64,000 nucleotides of DNA, from contig NW_024704742.1 in assembly GCF_018977255.1 (NCBI RefSeq), forward strand, positions 78,928,001 through 78,992,000, in the 5' to 3' direction. A model generated the notes under the pieces. That model was not told where the DNA came from and searched no databases. It saw only the letters and a list, made by a program, of their open reading frames with translations. The position numbers were made by a program, and so were the translations under genes. Within the stretch, counting starts at the first letter, position 1, and every line of letters starts with the position of its first letter. This document shows positions 39,959-53,876 of the stretch, one piece after another. This stretch comes from Callorhinchus milii (lineage: Eukaryota).

Positions 39959-40322
39959 TAATAATAATAATCTTTGGATTTGATATAGTGCCTTATCAGG
40001 TCTTCAAGATGTCTCAAAGTGCTTCACAGAATATACTGTAAAGTGAATGACTGTGTATTTTGTGGGCAAAATGTGGCTGCCAATTGTGCACAGCAGTGTC
40101 CCACAAACAGTCGTGGACCAAATTATTATTTTTTTAAAGAGATTATTACCCCCGGAAAAGAGATCCACCAATCGACTAACAAGCAGGTTCTTACTTACTG
40201 CTGGGTAAACAAAGGATTGTGGAGTAAGGAAACTTGCCTAACATTTTACTCTGCCCGGGAATCGAACCCATGTCCTCTTGCTTACGAGGCGAGTCTCTAA
40301 CCAAGATACTACAGGACTCCAT
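39959..40322 (-). mobile_element. SINE type B
   Basis: Complete head, core and tail on the minus strand. Confidence 0.85.
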
Positions 40323-41507
40323 AAGCTTTCATTTTGAAGATTTTAAACTGTTAAAATGTACTGAACTTTAATCTGTGTCCGATCTCTATCAATTATATAT
40401 AATCCATGTGTCACTTCACACTGCTGGGGAAAGTGCTAGTCAGATCCCTCACTCCTAAATTACACATTAGCTGTATCAAGCCAAAATAATGATAAAACTG
40501 TGAGCCAATTTGTGTCTTCAGAACAAAATTAAATGGTTGACATGGAAGACTGTTGCAGATGAGGTTTTATAAGCAAATTGAATTACATATGCTGTTGCTG
40601 CTGAATTTAAACTAAACAGCTGCGTGATCAATGAATGAAGAGGAAAGCTTTAACAAATCAGAGGCAGGGATTTGCACTCAATGAAAGTGACAGATGAAAT
40701 ACATAATCTATATTATACTGTATTGATTTTAGTTTTTTTAATTTGAGTGTAATCTTGAAGCTAGAATAAAATACTAATTTGATTTGTCTGCTTGCTAAAT
40801 CCAAGTGTAACACATTATCATAAGGGACACCAACTTCAGCCCTTAATATCTCACCCAAGGTGGGATACTGACTTCTGTTTTTAAATAAATCATTAGATCT
40901 TCCACCAGAATAGGCAGACAATACCTCGGTATAATGTCCCATCTGAAGGACAACATCTTTAATAATGCAGCACAATCCTCTGTGTGCCCTCTCAAGGACA
41001 ACAATATCATTAGTACATTAGATAGCCACAATTGCACACAGTAATTATGATGGGGACCTGGCCAACACCTTGTTTGCCCCATTGTGGGCAGCACCATTGG
41101 TCCTGAAGCTTGCCCCACCTGCCCAACATTGGTGGATGAGCTTCAAGCCATTCTGCCCCTAGTTTCTGGAACTCCAACTGACTCATCAATGCTTTCCCCA
41201 CCTATAAAGTCTGCCTTAACACATAACAGGTTATAGGCTGAATAGACTTAGGCAGACCAAACACTTAAGTGAGTTTTGAAAACTACAACAAACAGAATAA
41301 CAGGCAATGGTTTCTCATTACCTCAGTGTTCAATTTTTCCACTTTCCCTAAGTTCACTTTAGTAGCTACATCACTATTTACATTCAAACCTTCAGGGTTC
41401 TTGAAATATATGTCCTGTTTGAGAAGAAATTAATCTTTTTGGAGCTATGGGTTTGAATGGACTTCGAGGTTCCCTATGTCAGATTTCGGCTGCTCATGAT
41501 ACATCTA

Positions 41508-41794
41508 GTGGAGTCCTGTAGCTCAGTGGTTAGAGCACTCGCTTTGCAAGCGAGAGACCTGAGTTCAATTCCAGGCACAGGGCGAAACCTTGGGCAAGTT
41601 TCCTTACTCCACACGCCTAATAATAATCCCTCCAAAACCAAAAACAATAATAAATTGGTCATTTTCAATCTACGACTGTTTGTGGGACATTGCTGTGCGC
41701 AATTGGCTGCCGCGTTCGCCCACAAATATACAGTCAATTAACTTTGCGCTTTGGGCGTCCTCCTGACGTGAAAAGTGCCATATCAAATGCAAGG

Positions 41795-41856
<62 letters not shown>

Positions 41857-41857
41857 C
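41508..41857 (+). mobile_element. SINE type C with a short internal deletion and an expanded (ATT)n tail
   Basis: Full head; lacks the acagtgtgttctgtgaa segment; about 20 ATT units at 41795-41856. Confidence 0.92.
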
Positions 41858-42444
41858 ATCTGCTGCAGCCCAGGAGGGGCCTGGGGCTGATATACTTCCC
41901 TCCAGGCTTAGCTGGACAAGACACCAGAGGAATCTGAGCCTGCTGTCTAAGGGTAGGAGCAGAGGTAAGGAGCAGAATGTGGGTTTGGCTGGGATTTTAT
42001 ACAGTCCAGACTTCTTATTTTTCACCTAGCCTCGGCCTGTCCTCCCGTCATGGTGAAGAGTTTCTCCTGCTTTGTTGGCTGCGATCCTCGATCTTTTTCT
42101 TTAACTGGGCCTCAAGATTTTGCAAAACCGTGTAATTGCTTGATAGTAGATAAGGCAATATGGGTACAGCGATACCTCTTGCTTGCAAGTTTAGCAGAGG
42201 TGCTAGAAATTTTTGACTTGAAAGCTCTTTTAACCAGAAATCAAGTGAACCATAACTGTTCATTATAATATTCCTTACATTTAAGCACTCAGACCCCGTT
42301 TGAAGTGTGCAATTTAAATGCAAGTTGTTGCTGTTGCATTTGTCATGGTGCCTTTCATATCAGAAAGATGTCTCAAAGCACTTCACAAGATTAACTGTAT
42401 GATAAATTTCTAGGCAAGCTGTATTTGCAGCCAAACTCAGTTCA

Positions 42445-42826
42445 GAGTCCTATAGCTCAGTGGTTAGAGCACTCACCTCACAAGTGAGAGATTTGGGTTC
42501 GATTCCCAGCAGGGCGAAATGTTAGACAAGTTTCCTTACTCCACACACTTCTGTTTATCTAGCAGTAAGTAGGAACCTGGTTGTTAGTCGATTGGCGGAT
42601 CGCTTTTCAGGGGATAATAATCCCTCAAATAATATAAAAATTAAAACAAAATTTTAAAAAAGTAATAATTTGGTCACTCAATCCATTTCTGTTTGTGGGA
42701 CACTGCTGTGCACAATTGGATGCCACATTTCGCCTACAAAAATATAGTCAATATTCTATGAAGCGCTTTGAGACGTCTAGAAGACTTGAAAAGCACCATA
42801 TCAAATGCAAGGATTATTATTATTAT
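42445..42826 (+). mobile_element. SINE type B, well preserved
   Basis: Head gagtcctatagctcagtggttagagc...gttcgattcc, core 42551-42613, tail (att)n. Confidence 0.88.
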
Positions 42827-44669
42827 TTATTGTAAGTTCCACACAGCAATGTCCCATGAACATCCATGAAGAGAATGACCAATTTTAACTGGGTACTTAA
42901 GTACTGCTTTGTCATGGGATCTTTAACATCCTCCTGAACAGTCAGATTGTGTACACAACATATTAGTCTTACTTTCTGAATAAATTAATCTATACCCTGC
43001 ATATTTTGATATGCTGTATTGTATTGGGCAATACAATACTACGTAGGTGTGAATTGTACAAAGACACTTTATGGCACCATATACAAGTCCTTCCATTGGT
43101 ATTTGTGCCTCCTCATCACAACTGGACAATCTTCCCTCCAGGTCTACAACGACTGCCTTGCTTTTAACCAGTCTCTAATTAGCACAACGAAGACCACATG
43201 TTGATCATGGAGCTTTCCATTGCATTTAAAATAATGATCAGAAGTTCACCAAAATACTGTTGTCCAAAGCATATTCAAAGTGAGATCAATAAAAGTTAAA
43301 TACTGGTCTGGAGGTAATGAACATTCAGCCTCAGCTTGTCTGGTTCAATTCTCTCTCCTCTATTTTCAATGATTTCACATGAATGAAGTTCCACAATTCT
43401 GAAAATAATGCTCTTTTTGAAAAAGTTTTCCTTTTGAAAAATAAAAAGAAATTATTACTATTTTTAGTGTCACCATAAAATAATAATAATCCTTACATTT
43501 GATATGGCACCTTATCACTTAGTCGAGATATCACAAAATGCCTCATAGGATTTTATTGCAAAAGAGCAGTCTGTGTATTTGTAGGTGTACATAGCAGCCA
43601 ATTTACACACAGCAATGTGCCATCAACAACAATGAAAGGAGTAACCAATTTTATCTGGGGGATTGTTGGCCAGGACACAGGTAGAATTCTGATTTCTTTT
43701 TGAATATTGCTGTGGGATCTTTAAGATGTATCTGAACAGATAGCTTGGACCTCGGTTTAACATCTCAAAATAACACATGCTTTATATGCTAACAAGATAA
43801 ATTAACCCCTGCTGCGATCTCAGTAACATTTCATATCATATTCTAAACTTATACAAATCAAATCATTGGTAAGGCTGCATTTGGAACCTCGTAGTTGCTT
43901 TTCAGTAAGTTATATTCAAAATGACATTGAGCTACTGAAGAGGATTTAGAGCACAGTTGCGTAGGTAGTCTGGAGTACAGAACACTAAGCTATGAAGACA
44001 ACTGACAGAACTCATTGGCAAAAATAAAATGTGATGGGACTTGATCCAGATCTTTAAAATCCTGATGCAGTTGACTTAGAAGCTAACAAACTGGGTACTC
44101 GAACAAACTGAAACTAAACTGGATACTTGATTGTAGCCATCAACGACCTCAGTCAGATTACTGTAATCAGATTGTACCTCAGGAATCTATTCTATAAATT
44201 GCAAGCATAATTCTCTTGGCAAAGATGCCGAATAACAGAGATCTAATGCAAAGATATGTGATCTTATGGTGAGTAGACACGTTGATGGGAAAACACATTG
44301 GTATTTTAATTATAATAATAATTCTTATTTTGCTATAGAACCTTTTCATATTGTTTATCATATCTCAAAGCGCTTCACAGAATATACTGTAAAGTGAATT
44401 GACTGCATATTTTGTGGGCGAAACACTGTGGCCCATGCTCACAATAACCATTTTTTCATTTGGTGGTCTTAAATGTCATTCAAATCATATTTGATATAGC
44501 AGTTTTTACTTTGGTAGGACATTTCAAAACATTTCACAGGGTTTACTGTGAAACGTAGTGACTCTGTATGTGGTAGCAAACATCCTCCTGTGTAATGTAA
44601 TGCAGGTAAATAACTCTTGTTCTGTATCAGTGTGTGAGTGGGAGCTTCTGCTGCAAGCTGCTGTACGTC

Positions 44670-45108
44670 AGCCGAGCTTGTTAGTTGGTGGTGCTCTTAC
44701 CTCTGAGTCAGAAGGTTGTGGACTCAAGCCCTATATCAGGTCTTGGAACTCATATAGTCTAGGCTGACCCTCCAATGCAGTGTTACAACGTGGAAGGTAC
44801 CATCCTTTGGTTGAGATGTTAAATTCAGGTTCCATCTGCCTGTTCAGGTGGACATTAAAATGAAGCATGGCCCTACTTGAAAAGAGAAGGGAGTTTCACC
44901 CAGTGTCCTGACCAATAATCTCCCAAATTGGGCATTCACTTTATAGCTATTTGTGGGACGTTGTTCCGTGCAAATTAGCACGCAAATTAGCTGTTGTGAT
45001 TCCCTAAACATTATACAATCACTGCACCTTACAGTATAATCTCTGAAGCATTTTGAGATGTCCTCCCAATCTGAAAGGTGCTATATGAAGGAAATGCATG
45101 GATTATTA
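44670..45108 (+). mobile_element. DeuSINE-like SINE (type A), near full length
   Basis: Head ctctgagtcagaaggttgtggactcaagcc, Deu-like core and tail gagatgtcctcccaatctgaaaggtgcta. Confidence 0.8.
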
Positions 45109-48100
45109 AGAGGAGATTGGAAATTGGTCTCAGAATGTGGAAAGCTTCTAATTTAGTCAATGGTCACAATAAAACAAATCATAGCACTAGATTTCAAGTA
45201 AACACATATCATTGACAAAAGTTTTGATTCACTCTTTACTAGTATGGAAAGTTAAGTATATAAATGATGAACTATGCCCATTTTCCTCAATAGAGGGTCT
45301 GTAAAAATATCACTAGCTTGACTATTGGAGCATGTTCAGAGTTTCCTTAGGCATAAACTGGTTTGTTTTCAGATTTCCAGCATCTTCAGTATTTTGTGTT
45401 TTGTATAAACTGTTTTATATTGGAGGAAACGTGTTTTGAAAAGTTATGTACTTTTCACAGAATACTTCTTCACTATATACCAAATCTTCATGTACTGAAT
45501 GGGAATTTGATAAAAAATAAATAATCTTGGTTTAATTGAGAGCAGCAGGAGCTATCGTACGTAGGCAGTGAAAGGACAACACCAGCTCTAAGCAAGTTAT
45601 ACTTAATACATAGTGAAATTCTGTTGTACTGTATGTGATACAGTGCTTTCCACAGGCCAAGAATGTCTCAAATCACTTTACTACTTTTACTGTGAAGTGT
45701 GGTGACTGTATAATTTGTTGGCAAATGCAGCAGCCAAGTTTCATACAGCAACATACAGCAACAAAGTGATTTTTTTCCAAATTGTGACATGGGACCTTTA
45801 ACATCACCTAAATAGGCAGCCAGAAACTCAATTTAACATCTTATCCAAAGGATGCACCTCCAACAATGTAGTACTCCGCTGCACCATATCGTAGTGTCAG
45901 CCAAGTCTATATTAATTCTATGTCCTGTTGTGGGCACAGTCATCTGACACAGCAATCTAGAGTCCAGAGAATGAATATTGTTCTGACATAATATACTTTA
46001 CATTTATAAAGCGCTTCTAAATAGAGATTTCAGTCCTATGCACCCCATTCATCAAACGGTTTTCAGTATTCTGCAATCGATCTGTGGAATTCCAATGCCA
46101 GAGTCCCTCCGATTCCCTCCCTCCCTTCCTTGTTCAAGGCCCATCTCAAGATGCTCCTGTTTCCCTGCCCTTTGGTTGTCTTTCTCTTTAGCTCCAGTGT
46201 CCAGTCAGCATTTTCAATCATTTTGAGACTTCCTCCTGACATAATAGACAGTATATACATTGCATTGATATCAGGAAGATGTCTTTAAGTGTTTGATATT
46301 ACTGGCTGGGCACCTGACCTAGGGTTTGGAGCTGAAGTGGGTAGAGGGTGGAAAGATGATCAAAAGCGCTAAGAAAGAAGTACGTTTGCGCTTCAGGGCA
46401 GTGGTCAATGATAGCAAACAGATTTGGAACTATCAAATGTATTGCTGGCCCAATCCTGACCTAACATCAGTTCCTTCCTCACCAACAGCAGGGGTTTCTG
46501 TACAGCCACCAGGTACAGAAACCTGGATCATTTCTCCCTTCCCAGTGTCACTGTAGCATTGAACCAAAAAACATCCTGCTGTTTATGGTTGAAGACTATA
46601 CTGAGTTGAATGATCTTCATGTCAAGTCGTTTGGTTCCTAAGGGTGGATGTGCATGAAATTCTTCTGATTCAATCATGTGCATCCAAATTTTGCCCACTC
46701 TGAAAGACTAAAGTTTGGATCTTTCCATATCTGAATATCATCTTGGTTTCTGATTTCCTATTCACAGCAAATGTTCTTCCATAGTCTGCCCAGAGGCCCT
46801 AAATGGTTCAATTCAGATATTAAATCATTGCTTATTTTGAAGCATTAGATAGTTGAGGTATTATCTATTTCTCTTCTCCTCAAAGCCACCTGAATCATTT
46901 CTATGTTAGTCGTTTAGCCGATCACTTTTCAAGGGGTAATAATTCCTTCAAAAAAAATGTGGTCACTCAATCCACGATTGTTTATGGGACACTGCTGTGC
47001 GCAATTGACTGCCGTGTTTCACCCGCAAAATATACAGTCAATCCACTTTGCAGTATAAATGCTTTAAGACATTACCCTGCGTGGAGGGTGGAATACAGGC
47101 GCAAGTTGTTGTTGTAAATTCTGTGCAGCACTTTGAGCCATCTCAAAGATGCAATAAGGCGTTATATCAACGCAAGGATTATTATTATTTTACAATAGTT
47201 CCATGGGGCCTTTACCGTCCACCTTCTTACCTCCTGCAATTAGTAAAGTTTTGGCAGTGAGTAAAAGGGTCGAATATTACATTGTTTTGTTGAACTCAGC
47301 TTCCTGAACATGATTTGAGAAGCAGGAAAGGCAAGTATAGTCCTGGATAATTGATGTACTTTAAAGGGAAACGTTTTAATTTTTCACGAGGCTCCATTAT
47401 CTTCCAGATATTTGTGTATGGTGTCTTTGTTCTGTGATGAGGGAGAGAGGATAAGCTCGGTTGTGGCTTATGTGGAGTAGAAACATCAGCACGGACTAAT
47501 TGGCAACTTGTTCTGTGAATTTAAATGCCACACTGAGGACAGATAATTGCCTAACAAGGTGGGGGGGGAAGGGAGTGGTGGAAGGAATGCACAGATGACG
47601 GAGCACAATGCAGGCTGTGGGTATTCCCTCAGTGTTCCCTCTAATTGGCTCCCGAAATAAATAGGGCACTGTTCGTGTGATCTGGAAAAATCAGTAGCCT
47701 GCTGCTTTGTACAGATGTTCTAAGCATTAAAGACGGGAAGAGTTGCATGAAACAGCAATTCAAGGAATAAACCAGATGCTCGGGTATAAATGCATTATTT
47801 GCATTTAACAAGAGGAGGAAAAAGCTTTGCAGCTGTGGTTCTCTAACCTGCAATTTGAAGAAAATTTACACTGATTTGGTAGCCTCATCGTTTTGTCTGG
47901 AAGGAAAACAGAGAATAGAACATCTCACAGAGATGCATAAAGAGTGATCTGTTAGTAGTAAGTCTAAGTTGAACTTCTATGGGAGTGTTGAACCAGAGAG
48001 CTTCAAAGTGATATATATTGCATGCATGAGGAAGAAGGGGAGTCCTACAGTATATTGGTTAGAGCACTTGCTTCACAAGCAAAAGGATCTAGGTTTGATT

Positions 48101-48267
48101 CCCGGGCAGGGTGAAATTTTCAGCAAGTTTCCTTACTCCACACGCCTCTGATTACCAAGCTGTAAATAGGAACCTGGTTGTTAATCAATTGACAGATCAC
48201 TTTAATAATCCTTTATTACCCTCAGAAAGTGATCTGTCAATTGATTAACAACCAAGTTTGTGGGCAG

Positions 48268-48558
48268 GGCAGTGGTTAGAGCACTCACTTTGCAAGCGAG
48301 AGAGCTGGGTTCAATTCCAGGCAGGGTGAAAACCTGGGCAAGTTTCCTTACTCCACACGCCTGATAATAATCCCTCAAAAAAAATAAATTGCTCACTTCA
48401 ATCCATGACTGTTTGTGGGACACTGCTATGCGCAATTGGCTGCTGAATTTCACCCACAAATATACAGTCAATTCACTTTACAGTATATTCTGTGAAGCGC
48501 TTTGAAACGTCAAGAAGACATGAAAAGCGCTATATCAAATGAAGGATTATTATTATTA
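48268..48558 (+). mobile_element. SINE type C nested in a type B copy (48040-48750)
   Basis: Starts cagtggttagagcactcactttgcaagcgag; the host 3' half resumes at 48559. Confidence 0.85.
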
Positions 48559-51500
48559 TCCTTTAAAAAAATCATAATTTGGTCATTCAATCCATGACTG
48601 TTTATGGGACAATTCTGTGTGCAATTGGCTGCCATGTTTCACCCACAAAATATACAGTCAATTCACTTTACAGTATATTCTATGAAGCGCTTTGAGATGT
48701 TTCAATGATGTGATGAGGTGATATATCAAATGCAAAGATTAGTATTATTAAGTGAATAGAGGGTATGGGGTGGGAGGAGAGATTTGTGAGAGGGGTTAAG
48801 ATCGGTGGTGGCATATGTGGAATATAAACATCAGAATGGACTAGTTGGAAAACCAGGAGAAATTCCTTTGTCTTTCGAGTAGTGCTGTGGGATCTGTAAC
48901 ATTACCCTGAATAGGCAGACAAGATTTCAGTTTAACATCTCATTAAAGGATTGGATCTTTGACAATGCAGCCAACGCTATACCAATACTGCAAGGAATGT
49001 CAGCTTGAACTGTGAGCTCAAAAGCTTGATTTGGAGCTTGAACCCACAATACTCTGAATCAGCAAAGCTGCAGAATTTCAGAGGATTTTCCATCAGTTTA
49101 ATAATTGATCATTGCTTTGAAAGAGCTTACACTTGAAGAGGACTAATAATTAATTAAACTTTGTAAACCACATACATCTTTGATGTTTGTAATGCAGTAC
49201 ATATGTACAGTGACTCACTGTATTAAAACAGTAAAGAGAATTACAGATATCCAAGACTTGCCCCTTCATTATATATTGTGGATAGAACTGCGAGTTACAG
49301 CACTATATCTAATCAAAAGGTTATTTTTTGTGAAAAAAAGCTGAAAACCAAGTGTGGAAAAATTCAAAGGGATGACAAAAGTCAACTGGAAGAAGCGGTG
49401 AAGTGCTGCACATCACAAAAGTGGAATTTTTTGGAGGGTTGGTTGTGTGTCTGGCACATTTGGAAACCAATCACCATGCTTAAGAGTGTCCAAACCAGAC
49501 AGATTTCTACATATGTACACCACCTATACATGGAAAGGTATCTGTGTCTGAAATGGATTGTGCATGCTCTCCCCTCCCTGGAGCAATTATTTTTTGGCAG
49601 CTGGGTGTCTGACACATGCGGAAACCCATCACCATATTTAAGAGTATCCAAACCAAGCTGAGATGGAAATGTGGACCCATATATGGAAATTTCCCATTGT
49701 CAAGAATGGACTGTGAACATTCACCCTCTTCCTGGAGGGATGCATTCCTGCTTATCTCATTCCGAATAGATGCAGGTTGGCAAGAGCCAAGGCTTGGGGA
49801 TCCCACAGTATGCATCGGGGTACTGCTGGAGTCTAACCAGCTAAAACCGCATAGGTTGCCATTGATATTGCTGTCTGACCAGTCAACTGCCAACTGATTT
49901 GTTATTGTTCTGTTTCAATTTCTGTTGGTAAACAGCAAGGAATTCCCACTCACACCAAATTCCTTGATTAAAGCCTCACTCTGTTCGCACGTCACTTCAT
50001 ACATAGCTCTCTGTTGGGCTCTCTGCTATTAGATGCAAGTTGCCAAGAGCCAATCCCAGAGTGTGTGTTGGGGGTACGGCTACAGTTTAAACCACAACAA
50101 CTGCTATATATTAAACTATTGCTTTGCCGATAAAAGCTCAGCCAGACAAGCTTTATGCTGCTTGTCCAGCTAGATCCACCCTGCCCATTAGCGGTTTGGC
50201 TTGTAGGGTTGACAGGAGCTGAGTGAGAAGAATCCCTTCTCCAGTAAGAAGACTTGCCGATCAGCCAGGCTAATTATCAGCAGTGACCTGGAGTACCAAA
50301 GTGGGAAAGAATTTAGAAGAGAGATGTCAGGTGATCCCTAAAATCTGTACATCATAAACTAATCCTTGCAATTGATATTTTGTAGTACATATAACACAAA
50401 AACATTCAAAATTGCATCAGGAAATTCATGCCAACTGTTTTTATAGACAAATGGTGAAGATATTTTTGTGCACAGCAAGATCCCACAAAGAGCTATGAAG
50501 TGAACAACATATTTATCTGGAATACTGTTGCCCAGGACATAAGGAGAAACGCAGATTTCTATTAAATTACATCTTTAACATCCTGCTAAAGAAATGGATA
50601 CAACCTTGGTTTGAAGTATAACACTCTGGTAATGCAGCGCTTCCCCAGCATTGCTGAAGTATCAATCTGGACTGAAAGCTGCATTATGAGTCAAGCTGAC
50701 AAGCTTAGTTGAAATAGGAGGGGAAAACAAAATTAGATAAAGTATTTCATGGATATCCTAGAAAAGAATGAGTTAGAAAGGCAAACTTGCAGAGACCCCA
50801 TGATGAACCATATTTGAGCATGAGGACAAACTAGCCCCCATTAATCACAACTTTTCACAACTGCCTTAGCTTTTTATTAACCAGATGGCATTCTGCTGCA
50901 GTGTGGGTTCCTCAAGCTCTTGCCAACCTCCATCTAATATTCTCCTGAATTAGGTGAGCAGGGTTCCATCCCTCTGGGGTGAGAATGTGCATTCCATTCC
51001 AAACACAGGGAAATTTCCATGTGTATGTGGCAAAACACATTTGTAACTCTCAGTCTGGCTTGATACTCTGAAGCATGGTGAAGGGTTTCTGCATGTGTCA
51101 AACAAAAAAACCCGAGCCCCTTCCTTTGTCTGAGAGATTTATTGTATCTTAACTCTGCAACTAACATCAAGGAGGATGTCAAGTATCATTAAAGCACACC
51201 AATCAGTATGTACTCAGTTGCCACCCTATACAAATGATTGGGTCACTTCATGAATCATTCAGATGTCAGAAAGCTGAGTAACTTGCCTGGAACTGAGTCT
51301 CCCATGAGGTTAGATGAATCGACTTGGATACAGCCCTGGTCTTTCGATCTGTTTAATTGAAGACCCAGTTATCTACATCTTGACCTTCCTATTTCTAGAT
51401 TACCACCAAATCAGGTCACCAGAGGTTCGGTTGCAGTTCTGATGAACTACTTTCATGTACTCCCATTTCTATGTGGAGATCAGAGACTGAAGATCATAAT

Positions 51501-51674
51501 AACCCTTGCATTTGATATTGCATTTGATCATTTCACTGAAACAAATCAAAACTCTTCACAGAACTTAACCATAAAGTGTAATGATTGTGTATTTGAAGAA
51601 GATCAATTTACTCTTCATATTCTTTGTGATCTCCAAGTTTCCTTCCCCCCTTCCCTACCAAACTTTAACCTGTA

Positions 51675-52090
51675 ATAAAAAATAAATAATCCCTGCATTT
51701 GATATAATCTTATGTTACCAAGATGTCTCAAAGCACTTCACACGATTTACTGTAACATATAGTGACTGTGTATTTGTAGGCAAGTGCAGCAGTGAATTTG
51801 CACACAGCAATATCCCACCAACAGCCATGAAGTGAATGGTCAATTTTATCTGGGGGATTGTGGGGCAGGACATTGGCTGAAATTTCCTTTTATTAGAAAT
51901 AGTGAAATGGGATCTTTAATATCCTCCAGAACAAGCAGACACAATTTAATATCTCATATGAAGATCGGCACCTTTGACAATAAAGCATTCCCACTGCAAT
52001 ATCAGCCTACACTGTGAATTCAAAGTCCCAATATGGGGCTTTAACCCACAAGCTTCTGATTCAAAGGCGAGAGTGTTATAGATTGAGGGA
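51675..52090 (-). mobile_element. DeuSINE-like SINE (type A)
   Basis: Tail, core and head in reverse; further partial copies at about 19950-20196, 27700-27855, 43480-43770, 48850-49060, 52715-53027 and 55860-56115. Confidence 0.72.
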
Positions 52091-53689
52091 GGGAAGCTGA
52101 CAATCTTCTTGAGGAACTACAAGGCACTTGTATCCTATTATGTGCTTCAGGTAAACACTCCTGTTGCTGCCTATTCCACTCAGATAGAAGTTAGAACGTT
52201 TCAGATTGAGTCTGTGTGTACATCGTGCAGACACACTGGTCTCGCCCAGTTAGTAATTATTTTTACTTTAGTCTTTTTCATCACTGTACAGTGGCTGATA
52301 TCCCCAAAATAATTACCAGACCTACAAAGAGATCTTAACAACCAATAAGGGTCTAAAATGCAATGATTTCAAATGTAACTTTTTACCCAAGGAAAATGGG
52401 GATCTAATTTTCGGACAGAGTTACTGCGAGAAGGTATGACAAACATCAAGTTACTGAAGGTCGGGTCTGCTCAGGCTCCATACTAGCAATATAGCATGTG
52501 TTTTAACATGGGTTCACTTATATTTAGACCTCGACATTTACTTACCCCCAAAATCCCAAATACATTGCTGGCTGCATCGGCACATTAAATCATCAGGCGG
52601 CACATGGGAAGCCCAAATAGTTTGGCTGGTGATGTTTTCCTGCTCCAATGGAGTCAACCGCTTTCTATGATTACTTGCAGTGATTTTATGGACCCCAACT
52701 ATTGTGTCCTGGGAGTGTGCCTCATCATCGGAGGTGCTGTCTTTCAGATGAGATTTTAAACCGAGGTCCCGTCTGCCTGTCTAGTTGGATATTAAAGATC
52801 TATGGCACTATTTGAAAAGAGAAGGACGTTTCTCTCGATGTCCTGCTCCCCCACCCCCATCTATAAATGGGTCCTCACTCCAAGACTGTTCGTGGGACAT
52901 TGATGTGTGCAAATTAGCTACCCCGTACAACCACAAAATACACAGTATACACTTTGAAGTGCTTTGAGATGCTTCAACAAAAAAAAGGCACTATACCAAA
53001 TGGAAAGATTAATATTATTATTATTACAATGGGGCTGTACTGTACTTATGTATCTCTCTTCTAAACATTACAATTATTTTTGCTTCTGCAAGCTTCAGGG
53101 CCAATGCATTCCAGCACCTTTTTGTAACTCTCTCCATGAAGATTTTAAGGATTTCAATTTTAAATCACCGTGTATAATAATTCCAGATTCTTTTCCCTTG
53201 TACAAATAGGGAAGAAAATATGATGTTTCTTAACCTATTCAATGTCACATCAAATCAGTGACAGTATCTAATTTCTCAAACTTATCTACATGCAGCACAC
53301 ACTGGAATATCAAGCCTTTATACTTCTTTCGCAGTACAATAAAGGACTATAGAGGGAGGGGAAGAGAGGGAGTGAGCCTTGGTGTGTGAAAAGCACTCTG
53401 GGACTCTAGCCTGTATGAGCAGCACTATACATGTGTAAATTGTTGTTGTTGATAACTCACTGAATTTGAAGAGAACATTGCAGATAAAAGCTGCATCAAC
53501 CAATAATTATTTTGAGAGTGCACTCTATTTCCCCCCACCTTCCAATAGTTTGCTCTAAATCCTCTTTTTAAACATTTTAACCACCAACTTGCAGCAACAA
53601 CAAATAGCAACAAATTGTATAGGATCTCGGAGCTTACCACCAGCTGGGTGGAGGAGAATGGTGACCGAAGAGAAAGGTCTTCAGATACT

Positions 53690-53876
53690 TTCTCTTCAAC
53701 CGTGCATTCAGCTCCCTTCTTGACTCTCTATCCCCTCCTCGCTCCCTCCCTTCCCTCCCCTCACACTGATCATTTCCCCCCAATGCTCGGGTCCTGACCC
53801 AACTGTCTAGCACCTTGGGACGTCCTCCCGACGTAAAAGGCGCTCTATAAATGCAATCTTGTTGTTGTTGTTGTTG
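53690..53876 (+). mobile_element. L2 3' UTR/tail
   Basis: caccttgggacgtcctcccgacgtaaaaggcgctctataaatgcaatc plus (TTG)n; a matching minus-strand copy lies at about 19285-19450. Confidence 0.75.

Noticed and set aside
41690..42029. Poly-Ile/Leu/Asn ORFs, including an apparent signal peptide
   Set aside because: They are translations of the (ATT)n SINE tail.
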